Below, one piece after another: positions 8,679 through 18,998 of a stretch of DNA of 64,000 nucleotides. Position 1 is the first letter of the stretch. Every line of letters starts with the position of its first letter. The notes under the pieces are model-generated. The model was given only the letters and a program-made list of their open reading frames with translations. It did not search any database and was not told the origin of the DNA. The stretch lies in the sequence record OR413575.1. One strand, given 5' to 3'. Position numbers and translations under genes: made by a program.

Positions 8679-11210
8679 ATGATCTCTGATTTCCTACAGG
8701 ATTACGTACAACGCAATATCTGGTGCGCACCCTTTCAGGATAATCAGGTAATCGTCGAGTTAAGTCGACTGTCTTTCCCATCAGGTACTGATAAACATGC
8801 AGATATCTGGTGGGATGACATTACATTACCTGATCAGACGAGTAAGTGGACGATTTACAACTTCGGTCAGAATACACCGTGGCGTACATCGTTCCCTGAC
8901 CGTCCAATGAAGTGGGTTCCATTAGCAGCGTGGGGCGAAGAGGCTAAAACCTTATTCGACTTTTACTTTGCAACTGGTCAACGTATGCCAACCTACCAGG
9001 CTTATGTATTACTAACGCCTGACCAGGGTTACGTCATTGCGGTGAAGATGGATCAGTCTAAATACGACTTGATCAATCAGAAGTTGTATTTGCGTATTTA
9101 TCGTAATGGCTTCTGGCGTTCTGACCGTAGCGATCTTTATCCTTATACTATCGAATACGGTGGTGGTAAAGTTTTACAACGCTCGATTCTCGAAGAGTAT
9201 ATTCGTGACATCGCTTACCTGCGTCGATTCCCCGGCGTAGTGAACGTTTACCTGAACGGTAAGTGGGTTGATAATATCTCTACCGATATGGTGAAGACGG
9301 GCGATTACGTTGAGTACGTACACGACGGTGCTGTCGGTCGCATCGTAGACTTTAAAGTCTCTAATCTACGTGACTTCTTTAGTGAACTGGATAAAGTTAA
9401 GAAGTACTTGCTACATCCACCAAAAGAAGATCATCAAACCATTCGCTATCGTGACGACATTGATCTTTATGTCTACCGTAAACGTGAACTTGGTTTAGAG
9501 GGGCGTTATTATAACCGTCACCGTGAAGACTCCGTTCGTATGGTTACCCATACAGATTACAGCATCCCGGTAGCTCAGATTGAATCTTTGACTCAAGATC
9601 CTACTGATAAGTGGGCGAGTGTTGAAGATCTCTATGTTCGTATCCATATCCGTGAGTCTGGTTATGATCGTCCTCTAGTGAATGAATACACGCATCTGAA
9701 CGAATTGTACCGAATGACCGATGTTGAAATCAGTCGTGCTTTACTGGGTGTGGATGCTACACTGGATGAGTGGTACGCTCCGATTCTGGAGCAGTCCTAC
9801 TACACGGCATGTATGCGTAAATGGTGGCCTCCGTTTGACTACGTTAAGTTGTTGGATATGTTGGGTTACGATGCACTGACTTCGTTGTTAAGTCCGAGTC
9901 CGATTCTGTCTTCTAATGAATCTGGAATTCTGAGTATTCGACTTAACCCAGCGCAGCGTTCAGATGCCACTGTGTTTGAATATAACAGTGACGGTTTGTA
10001 CCTGGGTCATTACTACCATTCTACAGGTGAACTTTACCATTGCCGTAACAATGATTGCGCATTTGGCGAGGTTTATTTGGGGAAAGGTGATAAGGTATTA
10101 GACTGGATTGCTGGTAACGCAGATGTTGAGTTGCAAAGTGGTCGTATGTATCGTTTCTACTTCTGTCCGAAGTCGAAAGACAAACCGACATTAGCGTATC
10201 AGCGCGCGGTTGAGGGAGTAAACTATATCATTGATAATGGTACAGTGAAATGGATACACCGTAACACCGGATATGAAGGTCTGGTTTGGAGCGACAAACG
10301 TTTCCTTATTAACGATGTTAAATGGTTGAGTAACAGTGGTGTGTATAAGCTGAATATTAACCATTCGGAAACTAACGCGACTCCTCTTCCTATTCCGATG
10401 GAAGACTTGATGCTGTTGATCAATGGACAGTCTGCTGTTGAAGGTACTGACTACTACGTCCAATGGCCGGAGATCACTGTTGTATCGAAAGACCTTATTT
10501 ATACTGACAAAGAGAACACTTTTGTTATTGTAGGTAATGGGATGACGAAAGATGGTGTGCGTACTCCGCCTAAAGATGTTGGGTTTGTATTCCAAGGAAT
10601 GGCGTCAGTGAATGATCGTTTCGATCTGCGCGATGGTCGAGTGATGCGTTTTGTTGTAGACGGGCGTGTCAAGCTACGCGATCAAATGTATTTCGCAGAA
10701 GATTATCCGGATGATACGAAAGAACTGTTACCAAACGGCGCTATCTATCAGTCAAGTCCGGTATACGTTCCGATTCGTGATATCACTTACCAGCAGATGG
10801 ATGATCTTCGTGCTAAACAGCTAGATTTCAACCAACGTCTGGAAGACTTCCTGACAGTCCGTTATCCTCAGCCTAAGATTGATGGACCGAACCCAATCTC
10901 ACGTCGCCATATTGTTTACAGTCCGATGTTAACGCAGATTGTTTACGATATTCAGAATGGGGCGTTAATTCCGCCAATGGTTCCTGAGAACGTTGACGAA
11001 ACTCAGCGTAAGGTTAAAGGGTATCTCGACTGGTTAGAAGTAGAACCTAGCGTCGTGGGTGTAAACCCTAGCTACGTCATCATTGTCGCTCACCCGTTCG
11101 ATGATATGATTGAAGTCGATAGACTCACATACCGCTTCCTCCAACAAATTGTGAAGATGTACTTGAAAGATACAATCGATCTGAATACGCACTTCACTAT
11201 TAAGGATTAA
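8679..11210 (+). CDS. virion/baseplate structural protein (phiKZ gp27 position)
   Basis: 843 aa beginning DFLQDYVQRNIWCAP; synteny. Confidence 0.65.
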   Translation: MISDFLQDYVQRNIWCAPFQDNQVIVELSRLSFPSGTDKHADIWWDDITLPDQTSKWTIYNFGQNTPWRTSFPDRPMKWVPLAAWGEEAKTLFDFYFATGQRMPTYQAYVLLTPDQGYVIAVKMDQSKYDLINQKLYLRIYRNGFWRSDRSDLYPYTIEYGGGKVLQRSILEEYIRDIAYLRRFPGVVNVYLNGKWVDNISTDMVKTGDYVEYVHDGAVGRIVDFKVSNLRDFFSELDKVKKYLLHPPKEDHQTIRYRDDIDLYVYRKRELGLEGRYYNRHREDSVRMVTHTDYSIPVAQIESLTQDPTDKWASVEDLYVRIHIRESGYDRPLVNEYTHLNELYRMTDVEISRALLGVDATLDEWYAPILEQSYYTACMRKWWPPFDYVKLLDMLGYDALTSLLSPSPILSSNESGILSIRLNPAQRSDATVFEYNSDGLYLGHYYHSTGELYHCRNNDCAFGEVYLGKGDKVLDWIAGNADVELQSGRMYRFYFCPKSKDKPTLAYQRAVEGVNYIIDNGTVKWIHRNTGYEGLVWSDKRFLINDVKWLSNSGVYKLNINHSETNATPLPIPMEDLMLLINGQSAVEGTDYYVQWPEITVVSKDLIYTDKENTFVIVGNGMTKDGVRTPPKDVGFVFQGMASVNDRFDLRDGRVMRFVVDGRVKLRDQMYFAEDYPDDTKELLPNGAIYQSSPVYVPIRDITYQQMDDLRAKQLDFNQRLEDFLTVRYPQPKIDGPNPISRRHIVYSPMLTQIVYDIQNGALIPPMVPENVDETQRKVKGYLDWLEVEPSVVGVNPSYVIIVAHPFDDMIEVDRLTYRFLQQIVKMYLKDTIDLNTHFTIKD

Positions 11211-11212
11211 TA

Positions 11213-12943
11213 ATGTCGACTATTAAAACAAATATCCATGGCGTACGCTATGCTACTGTTTTAACTGCCGAAACCGCACAAAAGAACGTCCCTATCTGGG
11301 ATCCGGAGGGCCTCCACAAAGAATGGGGCCTTTGGGAACTCTACATGGGGCCGGATCATATCGGTGAAGGTAAGAAAGGCAGATTCGTAGGTAACGTTCT
11401 TGATAAAGTATGGGATCCCGTCAAAGGCACTCAGTATATCAAAGAGCTGAACCCGACTACACTTATCCCTGTATTAGCACGCGTAGAAGAGCCTTCTCAG
11501 GGCGGCGCAGATACTCAAGACTTCCTGTTAGGTGTGGGTGATCGTTGGCCGCAACAGGGATTTTTTGTCTACGTAGACAACGAGCAAGAGATCCCTCGTA
11601 TCTCTCTGGACTCACAAGCAATTTTCCGTCACCCTAACGTGGAATACTTCCGCCTGTACGGGTACAGTGAAACTGCTGGTGAAGAAATCTTATCGGCTTG
11701 GTATAACCAAACTGGTGAGTATGTGGATAACCAAATCCCGCGTTTAAACGTGGAGGCTGTTGATTCCCCATACGGGTATAAGTATTACGTTCCGGAATCA
11801 TTCTGGGGTACGCGTCAACTTATCCCTGGTGAAGAAGTTAAACTGGTTGGGTTCAGTAAATCCAACAGTCAGGTGACGGAAGCACCTTTCGTTGTTCGTG
11901 ATGGTAACTTCATCCGGCGTGGTAATACACCGACTCGTCGTATTGTAAGTGTTGAACTCCGCAGTCCTTATCTGAGCACTACGGAAGAAAACCGCTTACG
12001 TATTCCGACCGGTACCAACGTTGCATCTATTGCAATGATGGCGCGTGTCACTATGGATAGTGGTCGTTATGTAGACTTACCAATTGATGGTCAGAAAGTT
12101 CGTGTACAGGGCTTGGAAGAAACGGTAACATCTTCTCCTGGCTATCTGCGTGACCTTATCCTTTACTATTACTTAGGTGAAGGTGAGGTTTACATCGGCT
12201 CTGACAATAATGATGGTAAAGCGCTGAAGAAACGTTATACCGTGGAAGTGGATCCTACTCAGGAAACTTACGGCTTCAAACTGTACGTATACCCGAGCTG
12301 GATTGATGCTAACACCGGTTACGGTCTGGTAGCGTTCCTGCATGATTACGATCACAGTCAGGTGTACGATGTATCGAACATGATCGAGCTGTCCTCTAAC
12401 AGTGCTGAATGGGATCCGAAGAAATACGGCGTTAAGCAGTATCTTCGTTTCGCAATCGACGTTGATAAAGTGGATCCTCGTTATGGTCAGTATCGCCATA
12501 CTCAGGTAATGCAGTTCACTCTGATTGAACCTGCGTTAGTAGATGCAGATACTCACTGGCGTGCGTACTTCGAAGATGGGCAAAACCCTGGTTATGGTGA
12601 CAATGTTGTCGCTAATCTGGAATTCGTGTCTTCTCAGGATTGGACTGGCGACGTAAGTTGCGGTGCTCAATCTCTGGATGAATGGCTGGATCGTCTGTAC
12701 TACAGAACGCTTCCGTTGTTTGATCCACAGACTGAATCCAAACCGATGGTTCCAACCCACTTCGTATTCACCGTACGTGGTCAACGTTATCGTCATCCTA
12801 TTTCCGATTGGAATAGTGTGATTCGTGTCAAGACTGGCGGGGCTGAGGGTGAATCCTCTGTTATCCACTTTATTTCCAGTCAGGACGGCGTTGATCTGCA
12901 GTTGGGTAGTAGTGCTTTGTTTATCCATCAGATCATCGCTTAA
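11213..12943 (+). CDS. virion/baseplate structural protein (phiKZ gp26 position)
   Basis: 576 aa, beta-rich; directly upstream of the terminase. Confidence 0.65.
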   Translation: MSTIKTNIHGVRYATVLTAETAQKNVPIWDPEGLHKEWGLWELYMGPDHIGEGKKGRFVGNVLDKVWDPVKGTQYIKELNPTTLIPVLARVEEPSQGGADTQDFLLGVGDRWPQQGFFVYVDNEQEIPRISLDSQAIFRHPNVEYFRLYGYSETAGEEILSAWYNQTGEYVDNQIPRLNVEAVDSPYGYKYYVPESFWGTRQLIPGEEVKLVGFSKSNSQVTEAPFVVRDGNFIRRGNTPTRRIVSVELRSPYLSTTEENRLRIPTGTNVASIAMMARVTMDSGRYVDLPIDGQKVRVQGLEETVTSSPGYLRDLILYYYLGEGEVYIGSDNNDGKALKKRYTVEVDPTQETYGFKLYVYPSWIDANTGYGLVAFLHDYDHSQVYDVSNMIELSSNSAEWDPKKYGVKQYLRFAIDVDKVDPRYGQYRHTQVMQFTLIEPALVDADTHWRAYFEDGQNPGYGDNVVANLEFVSSQDWTGDVSCGAQSLDEWLDRLYYRTLPLFDPQTESKPMVPTHFVFTVRGQRYRHPISDWNSVIRVKTGGAEGESSVIHFISSQDGVDLQLGSSALFIHQIIA

Positions 12944-12948
12944 TGTAG

Positions 12949-12978
12949 GGAGAGGGGCCTTCGGGCTCTTCTCCTTTT
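12949..12978 (+). terminator. UUCG hairpin with short U-tract abutting the terminase SD
   Basis: GGAGAGGGGCC-TTCG-GGCTCTTCTCC-TTTT, then GAGGAG. Confidence 0.55.
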
Positions 12979-12991
12979 GAGGAGCTATGTG

Positions 12992-15112
12992 ATGATACTA
13001 TTCGAGAAAGATTGGGCGAAATATCCTCACGCTACAGTTAACCATTTGACTAAGAATAAGAGCTTCTTAAACTACGCTGCTATTCTTAAAGCAATTGGGG
13101 TTAAAAACCATCTGTGGCCGTTGTCGGTTTTGAACCCAGCACTAGTGGGTGTTGACCCACATTCCCCTGAACTGTCTTTAGGACATATGGGGATGATCAA
13201 AGCAGAAACCGAGGATAACCCTTGGTACTATCTGCGTGAATGCTTAATCGTACCGGCACCATCCGGTATCGGCGGTGATCCGTTCCGTGCTAACCGCGCT
13301 AACATGTCAATGGTTTGGTCTTTCTTAAACCATGTCGACTATATGTTAATCCAACCTCGTCAGACAGGTAAAACAATTACCATCTCTGCGTTGATTAGCT
13401 GGCTGTTGTACATCAAGCTCTGGAACACCCGTATTGGACTAGTTACAAAATCAGACGACCTTCGTCGAGATACATCCGAGAAGGTTCGACAAATGCGAGG
13501 TGGGCTACCAGCGTATCTTACAATTGCTGATAGGCGAGATTCTATCACTGATGCGCTGGTAACGTATAAGACCCGTGGTAACCGTTTTGTATTATCAGTT
13601 AGTCGCGGTGATCCTGCTGGCGCTATTAAAGTAGGTCGTGGTAACACCGTACCTGTTAACCTTTGGGATGAATTTCCATTTATACCTCACGTTAAGATCG
13701 CATACGGGGCAGCAATGCCAGGTACCGATGCCGCGTACAAAAACGCCCGTGAAAAAGGTTTACCGTATGGTTCATTAATCACTACTACAGCTGGGTCGCA
13801 AGATAGTCGTGACGGTGAGTTTGCATACAAGATCCTGTCAGAAGCTGCTAAGTGGACTGACAAGATGTTTGATACCGAAGATGAGCATGGTTACCGCGAG
13901 ATGGTTAAAGCTCACTGTCGTGGTCGTAAGATCATCGTTAACGGTACTTGGTCACATGCTCAAATGGGTGTACCAGATGCAGTTCACTATGCGAACATTG
14001 CGAACTCCACGCAGGAAGGCGATGACGCTGCTCGAGATTACTTTAACATCTGGACAGTTGGTGGCGATCAACACCCGCTGGATAAAGGAACGTTGAAGAA
14101 AATCAAAGACAGTCAGATGGACAGTGCTTACGATGAAGTTATTAACGGATTCGTAATCAACTGGTTCTACCCTAAACATGTTGTCGATGAGTTCATTGAC
14201 AAGCCAATGATGCTGGGGAACGATACATCTGAAGGCGGTGGGAATGATGGATTATCAATGTCGTTTGTTAACCCAGAGGATGGTGGGGTATTAGGGACGT
14301 CCACTTTGAACGAAGCGTTATTGCCTCGTTACGGTGAATTCGTAGCAGATGTCTTGATAAAATACAAAAAGACTTTGTATATCCCTGAACGTAAGTCTAC
14401 TGGACAAACGTTTATTGATACGGTCTGTATTGCATTACACGCAGAGGGGATTGATCCGTTCCGTCGTATCTACAACTCTATCGTCGATAACTCTGATGTG
14501 GATGTAAAAGCATTCACTGAAATCCGTGGCGATATGAACGCTCGTGATGATGCTTTCTACATGCGTCGTAAAACGAAGTTCGGTTTCAGCACCGGTGTTA
14601 AAACCCGTAAGGAATTGTACGATTCAGTATTCCAGTTAATGGCGAAGAAAGCAGGTAGTCGTTGCCGTGATGTTACTTTGATCAACCAGATCATGGGGCT
14701 GGAATCTAAGAACGGACGTGTTGACCATAGTTCAGGTAAACATGATGACTCCGTAATTAGCTGGTTATTGTGCGGTTGGGTAATGTTGTACGGTGTTCAT
14801 CTCGAATATTACGGTATAAAGCACTCTATCGTCTTCTCTAAGGCTGCTGAGGACCGCGATGTTAGCGATGATGAGATAATGCGCAGGATCCAATTAGAAG
14901 AGCTCACAGAGCGTATGGAAGAGCTTATAGAGATGATGGCTGTAACCGACATCCCTATCTTGCTGACGAAATACGAACAAGAACTCAATCTGATTGAGAA
15001 GGAGTTAAGTGACCTTGGCCATCAAGGGTTCAACATCCGTGCGAAGATAGACGAAATTAATAAAAATAGATACAAGCGAGTCCAGCAGTACGACAAGTAT
15101 TATCGTCGCTAG
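12992..15112 (+). CDS. terL: terminase large subunit
   Basis: Walker A PRQTGKT, Walker B NLWDE, TTTAG coupling motif, nuclease acidic residues (GNDTS, HDD). Confidence 0.92.
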   Translation: MILFEKDWAKYPHATVNHLTKNKSFLNYAAILKAIGVKNHLWPLSVLNPALVGVDPHSPELSLGHMGMIKAETEDNPWYYLRECLIVPAPSGIGGDPFRANRANMSMVWSFLNHVDYMLIQPRQTGKTITISALISWLLYIKLWNTRIGLVTKSDDLRRDTSEKVRQMRGGLPAYLTIADRRDSITDALVTYKTRGNRFVLSVSRGDPAGAIKVGRGNTVPVNLWDEFPFIPHVKIAYGAAMPGTDAAYKNAREKGLPYGSLITTTAGSQDSRDGEFAYKILSEAAKWTDKMFDTEDEHGYREMVKAHCRGRKIIVNGTWSHAQMGVPDAVHYANIANSTQEGDDAARDYFNIWTVGGDQHPLDKGTLKKIKDSQMDSAYDEVINGFVINWFYPKHVVDEFIDKPMMLGNDTSEGGGNDGLSMSFVNPEDGGVLGTSTLNEALLPRYGEFVADVLIKYKKTLYIPERKSTGQTFIDTVCIALHAEGIDPFRRIYNSIVDNSDVDVKAFTEIRGDMNARDDAFYMRRKTKFGFSTGVKTRKELYDSVFQLMAKKAGSRCRDVTLINQIMGLESKNGRVDHSSGKHDDSVISWLLCGWVMLYGVHLEYYGIKHSIVFSKAAEDRDVSDDEIMRRIQLEELTERMEELIEMMAVTDIPILLTKYEQELNLIEKELSDLGHQGFNIRAKIDEINKNRYKRVQQYDKYYRR

Positions 15113-15129
15113 TCTAACTTGTTCTTAAA

Positions 15130-15148
15130 TATATATTACTAGAGTGAA
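15130..15148 (+). promoter_or_regulatory. early-type phage promoter
   Basis: TATATATTAC-TAG-AGTGAA; contains the phiKZ early consensus TATATTAC. Confidence 0.75.
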
Positions 15149-15196
15149 GAGGCATTCGCTTCTTCATTCTTTTATTTTGCCATAAGGTTAATAGAC

Positions 15197-15955
15197 ATGA
15201 ATATTAAAGGTTTCCCTTTCGACTCATTTACTCCTGCTACTAATAAGTTAATGCTGGATTTAGGTATTGAACAAACGCTGATCGATTTTGCCTCTGCTAA
15301 CATTGAACGTAACGATGTAGCACATCGCCATGATCATGTTGAAGATGTAATACTGAAAGTCTTCGATTATTACGATGCTCTCTATGGTATAGCTAATACG
15401 CCGTTAGTAGTTAATGAGAAACGTCGGGCAGTTGCAGCGGCGTTATTACATGACATCGGTTGCTGGATGGATCGCGATGCTCACCACCTGATTGCATCTA
15501 ATTGGGTATTGTCATTGCGTGAAGATCAATTCAGTCAAATGTTCTACGGTATTAATCCTGACGACATTTCTGTGGTCGCAGTAGCTATCTTAGAGCATCG
15601 GGCCAGTTGGAAGTTTGCACGTAAATCAGCAGTAAGTGATATTGTTGCAGCTGCGGATCGTGGTTCCTTCTGTCCGAAGGAATATCTTCGCCGTGCTTAC
15701 TTATACGGGCGTAGTAAGTTAAAGATGCGCGGTAGTGAAGCTCTGACAAGAGCTGTAGATCATTTCATGGAAAAGTATAAAGATGGGGGATATGTATACG
15801 AAGCGATGCCTGAAATCTGTAAGCAATTCAACCAAGCCAGTATTGCGCAGATTAAAGCTGCTGCTAACAATCGTGCGTGGTGTGAAGATACTATCGCAGA
15901 TAACATGTTAGAGTGGGAAGTGACTTATGAGGAGATGACTAATGCAAGTAGCTAA
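15197..15955 (+). CDS. HD-domain phosphohydrolase
   Basis: H..H, LLHDIG, EHR and AADR motifs in order. Confidence 0.85.
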   Translation: MNIKGFPFDSFTPATNKLMLDLGIEQTLIDFASANIERNDVAHRHDHVEDVILKVFDYYDALYGIANTPLVVNEKRRAVAAALLHDIGCWMDRDAHHLIASNWVLSLREDQFSQMFYGINPDDISVVAVAILEHRASWKFARKSAVSDIVAAADRGSFCPKEYLRRAYLYGRSKLKMRGSEALTRAVDHFMEKYKDGGYVYEAMPEICKQFNQASIAQIKAAANNRAWCEDTIADNMLEWEVTYEEMTNASS

Positions 15956-16454
15956 TTTAAAGAGTAGGACGCATTCTCCTACTCGTGCTATGCCGGTACG
16001 TATCGCTAGTACGTTAGCATTTATTGAGAGCTATCGTAAATCGCGAGCGGCCGAATCTAATTTTGAACTAAAACGGGAGAACATACATGCTCATGAGTTT
16101 GCTTATTTGATCACAGATCTGCCATCTGGTAAATTCTTTGTATACGGTATCGTAAGTAAAAGGAATCCTGATAACACAGGTGTGTTAACGGAAGAAGATT
16201 TAACTGAAATTAAAGCATTGATTCCTGATGATCAGGAGTATGTTGATATCGTTCGCGGGTTCGACTTTGAAGCGGATGAAGACAACAGTGAAATAACTGT
16301 TTACCTGGGTGCTGAATGGGTATTTGCAATACTGGTGGACGAAGAGTTAGGATGTTACACGATTGAACGCAACGAATACCTGGATCGCTCTTCAGATATT
16401 TATACATTAATCAAGACTGCTGGCAAAGCATTCAGAATAGCAAGAGGCTACTGA
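15942..16454 (+). CDS. hypothetical acidic protein
   Basis: GAGGAG SD; overlaps the end of the HD gene. Confidence 0.7.
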   Translation: MQVANLKSRTHSPTRAMPVRIASTLAFIESYRKSRAAESNFELKRENIHAHEFAYLITDLPSGKFFVYGIVSKRNPDNTGVLTEEDLTEIKALIPDDQEYVDIVRGFDFEADEDNSEITVYLGAEWVFAILVDEELGCYTIERNEYLDRSSDIYTLIKTAGKAFRIARGY

Positions 16455-16527
16455 CAGCATAGCCCCCGGACCCGTTAAGGTCCGGGGGCTTAGCCAGGGG
16501 TATCTTATCCCTTATTTTTTTTTTGAC
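16453..16527. terminator. bidirectional terminator
   Basis: GCCCCCGGACC-CGTTAA-GGTCCGGGGGC; T10 then GAC downstream on +; TATGCTGTC tail on -. Confidence 0.75.
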
Positions 16528-16697
16528 TGAAGGCCGATGGTATCTAGAAGGTGATCAAGATATGAGGTATCCGCCAAGTCAAAACTCCTTTTCGCGTACC
16601 GTGTGACAAACGGTGTATGCTAGGAGCTGTCGAGCAGCGCCGCGCTCTTTGAATCCCGGATCAAGTTAATCGGAATACGCAGCGCTGTTCGTACATA
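16453..16697. ncRNA. candidate structured RNA with embedded micro-ORF
   Basis: Three consecutive stem domains; minus-strand TATG start; terminator-bounded; strand ambiguous. Confidence 0.4.
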
Positions 16698-16740
16698 AGT
16701 ATAGTAATGTTACCTAATTTTTTACGCGTTTTCATTCTGA

Positions 16741-16774
16741 CAAAAAAAAAAGGAGTGGGCGCGACCCCACTCCT
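16741..16774 (-). terminator. intrinsic terminator
   Basis: GGAGTGGG-loop-CCCACTCC, T10 and GTC on the minus strand. Confidence 0.85.
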
Positions 16775-16923
16775 GCGTCTGAGGAAACAATGTCCATGGT
16801 AGACAGTTAACCGGACTGTGTCCATATTGGTGAATGTTACACCGGTGATAGATTTGCGCTCTTTAACACTTAAGGTGCGACACGCTCAGTTAACATACTA
16901 AGTGTATAAAAACGTTACGCAAC

Positions 16924-18144
16924 TTACCCTGTTGGACCCATCGCGGTGTAATAACTCATCGTCATTGCTCGAAGTACTAGATACAGGATGACAGACGTCC
17001 TTTCACCTGATACCGGGTACGGGCTTGGTTTGCCGATAGCGCGTCGGACTAACTTATCGCCTTCGTTACGTAAGAACATAACTTCGCTACTAGACCCACG
17101 ACTTGAGTTAATCGCACCTTTAATCACCAACATGCACTCAGACAAGTTGTTAGCATTGATCCCTTTATCAACAATCAGTTGGAACGAAAAGTCGAGAGTA
17201 CGTTTAACGAGCTCGTGGACTTTACGCTCGGTGGGTTTGTTGTAGATCGAGGAGAGATATAATAGGGTGTCCTGGAAGTAGCCAGCGTTCCCTGAAGGGT
17301 TTGACTCAGCGACAATGTCAACAAGGTTTTGACGAACAAATGATGCACCTTCACCTATAATTCCTTCTAAGTAGCGACGATACTGCGACTCATTACGTTT
17401 TAAGTCACGTACGCCTACCTCACCTTCCATCTCCATTAACGAGGATGTTACAGAGATACCTGCGCCTTCTGAACGAACGATGTAATAAAGTTCGGTAGCG
17501 TTCTTAATAGTAGAACGGGCACGAGTCTGTGAATCGCTTAGGATATAAGCAATGTCATCGTCATCGTTATAGCGAATAAAGGTTTGGATATGAATTGATT
17601 GTTTAGCGATCATATTCTGGGATTTCACTTCGCAAAGTGTATACCAGTTACGATGTACTCGGAGATCGTATTTATAATTCATTGATTCGTACGTACGTTG
17701 GGCTAACTGAACATTTACGCCGAATCTGAAAAAATGGTTTAAGATAGAGGACAAGAACTTATACTGCAACAGACTGAGAAGTTTGACTGCAACGTCCTCT
17801 TTCTGTTTCTGCGGTAAAGAACTTACCAATGTCTTATGTACCAGGAAAGTAATAGCTAAGTTAAATGCGTTACTTGCCACCTTATGCTCAGGGTTAACTG
17901 ATCCATCTTGGTAGAGCGCCTGTTGAAGTTCAGATTCATCTGCTGACATAATGTCAGTGAAGAACCGCGCGGTGTCGGACGGGAGCCATTTTATCTCTGT
18001 ACTTAGTAACCCGTTACCAAAGAACTTGATGTGTTCCGGGCTACGGCTTACATAGTTGTTTGCGAAACTGAGTACTGCCTTGGCAAAACGTCCGTCAATC
18101 TTCAATCCGGCACATTGGGATTCAAATACTGATTTGATTGACAT
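16924..18144 (-). CDS. conserved chimallivirus virion protein (phiKZ gp32 position)
   Basis: About 406 aa, helical, ending VILYLVLRAMT; GGAG SD; lone minus-strand gene near the tail block. Confidence 0.6.
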   Translation of the reverse strand: MSIKSVFESQCAGLKIDGRFAKAVLSFANNYVSRSPEHIKFFGNGLLSTEIKWLPSDTARFFTDIMSADESELQQALYQDGSVNPEHKVASNAFNLAITFLVHKTLVSSLPQKQKEDVAVKLLSLLQYKFLSSILNHFFRFGVNVQLAQRTYESMNYKYDLRVHRNWYTLCEVKSQNMIAKQSIHIQTFIRYNDDDDIAYILSDSQTRARSTIKNATELYYIVRSEGAGISVTSSLMEMEGEVGVRDLKRNESQYRRYLEGIIGEGASFVRQNLVDIVAESNPSGNAGYFQDTLLYLSSIYNKPTERKVHELVKRTLDFSFQLIVDKGINANNLSECMLVIKGAINSSRGSSSEVMFLRNEGDKLVRRAIGKPSPYPVSGERTSVILYLVLRAMTMSYYTAMGPTG

Positions 18145-18200
18145 GATAGACTCCAAATAGGGGTTACACAGGATTCCAGTATTTCTAAGGTATCCTTGAA

Positions 18201-18219
18201 TATATATTACTTAAGTGAA
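18201..18219 (+). promoter_or_regulatory. early-type phage promoter
   Basis: TATATATTAC-TTA-AGTGAA. Confidence 0.75.
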
Positions 18220-18241
18220 GAAGTTAATTAAGGAGTTTGAG

Positions 18242-18877
18242 ATGAGTTTAATTACTAAAGGCTCTATAATTGGAGTTGCGCCGCGACTTCGTTTGGAAGC
18301 CAAGTTACAATCACTGAAGTGGAATAAAGAGCCAGAAGAACTGGTAGCGTTCTTCCGTAACTTGAAATCGTTCCTTTATAAGAATGAAGTAGGGCACGGG
18401 GGTTATGAAACTTACGTCACAACGTTTACTATCGGTGATGTTGAATTTTGTCGTTTTGCGCTGAAACAAAAAAGTAACCCTAAGTTTGTCCCTACAATGG
18501 AAGCCTTCATTGCACCGGATGGTCGTATTTATTTCCATGGTGTATTCACTGCTATCGGTCCGCGTGACGATGAGGTTGACAAACACATCGGCGAATACGT
18601 GGTGAACTACATCTGTAAACAATTCGATGATCCTAGCGAACATATCGCTATTGTCCTACATCGTCGTTGGAAGTTAACTGAAGACGATAAAACAGCGAAG
18701 TATGATTTTATCGAATGGGGCGATGAAGAGTTAACTAAGTTGGCTCATGTATTGATCGTAGAGCAGCAGAAGATTGCTAAGGCGGCATTTGCGCATTGGC
18801 GTGAACGTGTTAAACACCTTGAGCAAGTAAAAGAAGCTGTTAAAGATAAACCTGAAAAGGGTATCCACATTGATTGA
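18242..18877 (+). CDS. hypothetical early protein
   Basis: AAGGAG SD before ATG 18242; the GTG at 18215 lies inside the promoter. Confidence 0.7.
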   Translation: MSLITKGSIIGVAPRLRLEAKLQSLKWNKEPEELVAFFRNLKSFLYKNEVGHGGYETYVTTFTIGDVEFCRFALKQKSNPKFVPTMEAFIAPDGRIYFHGVFTAIGPRDDEVDKHIGEYVVNYICKQFDDPSEHIAIVLHRRWKLTEDDKTAKYDFIEWGDEELTKLAHVLIVEQQKIAKAAFAHWRERVKHLEQVKEAVKDKPEKGIHID

Positions 18878-18880
18878 CGG

Positions 18881-18908
18881 CTAGGGACTTCGGTCCCTAG
18901 TCTTTTTT
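18881..18908 (+). terminator. intrinsic terminator
   Basis: CTAGGGAC-TTCG-GTCCCTAG plus U-tract. Confidence 0.85.
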
Positions 18909-18998
18909 GATGTTTAACTCTTCTACTTGTGTTGGGCACCGGAACGTAGTTCCGTTGTGCTGTAATTGTGACTATGCATTAACTGAGGATATTGAAAT

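Noticed and set aside
16776-16790. CTGAGGA..AAAC resembling a hammerhead ribozyme core
   Set aside because: No stem II or separate GAAA element, and no matching flanking helices.
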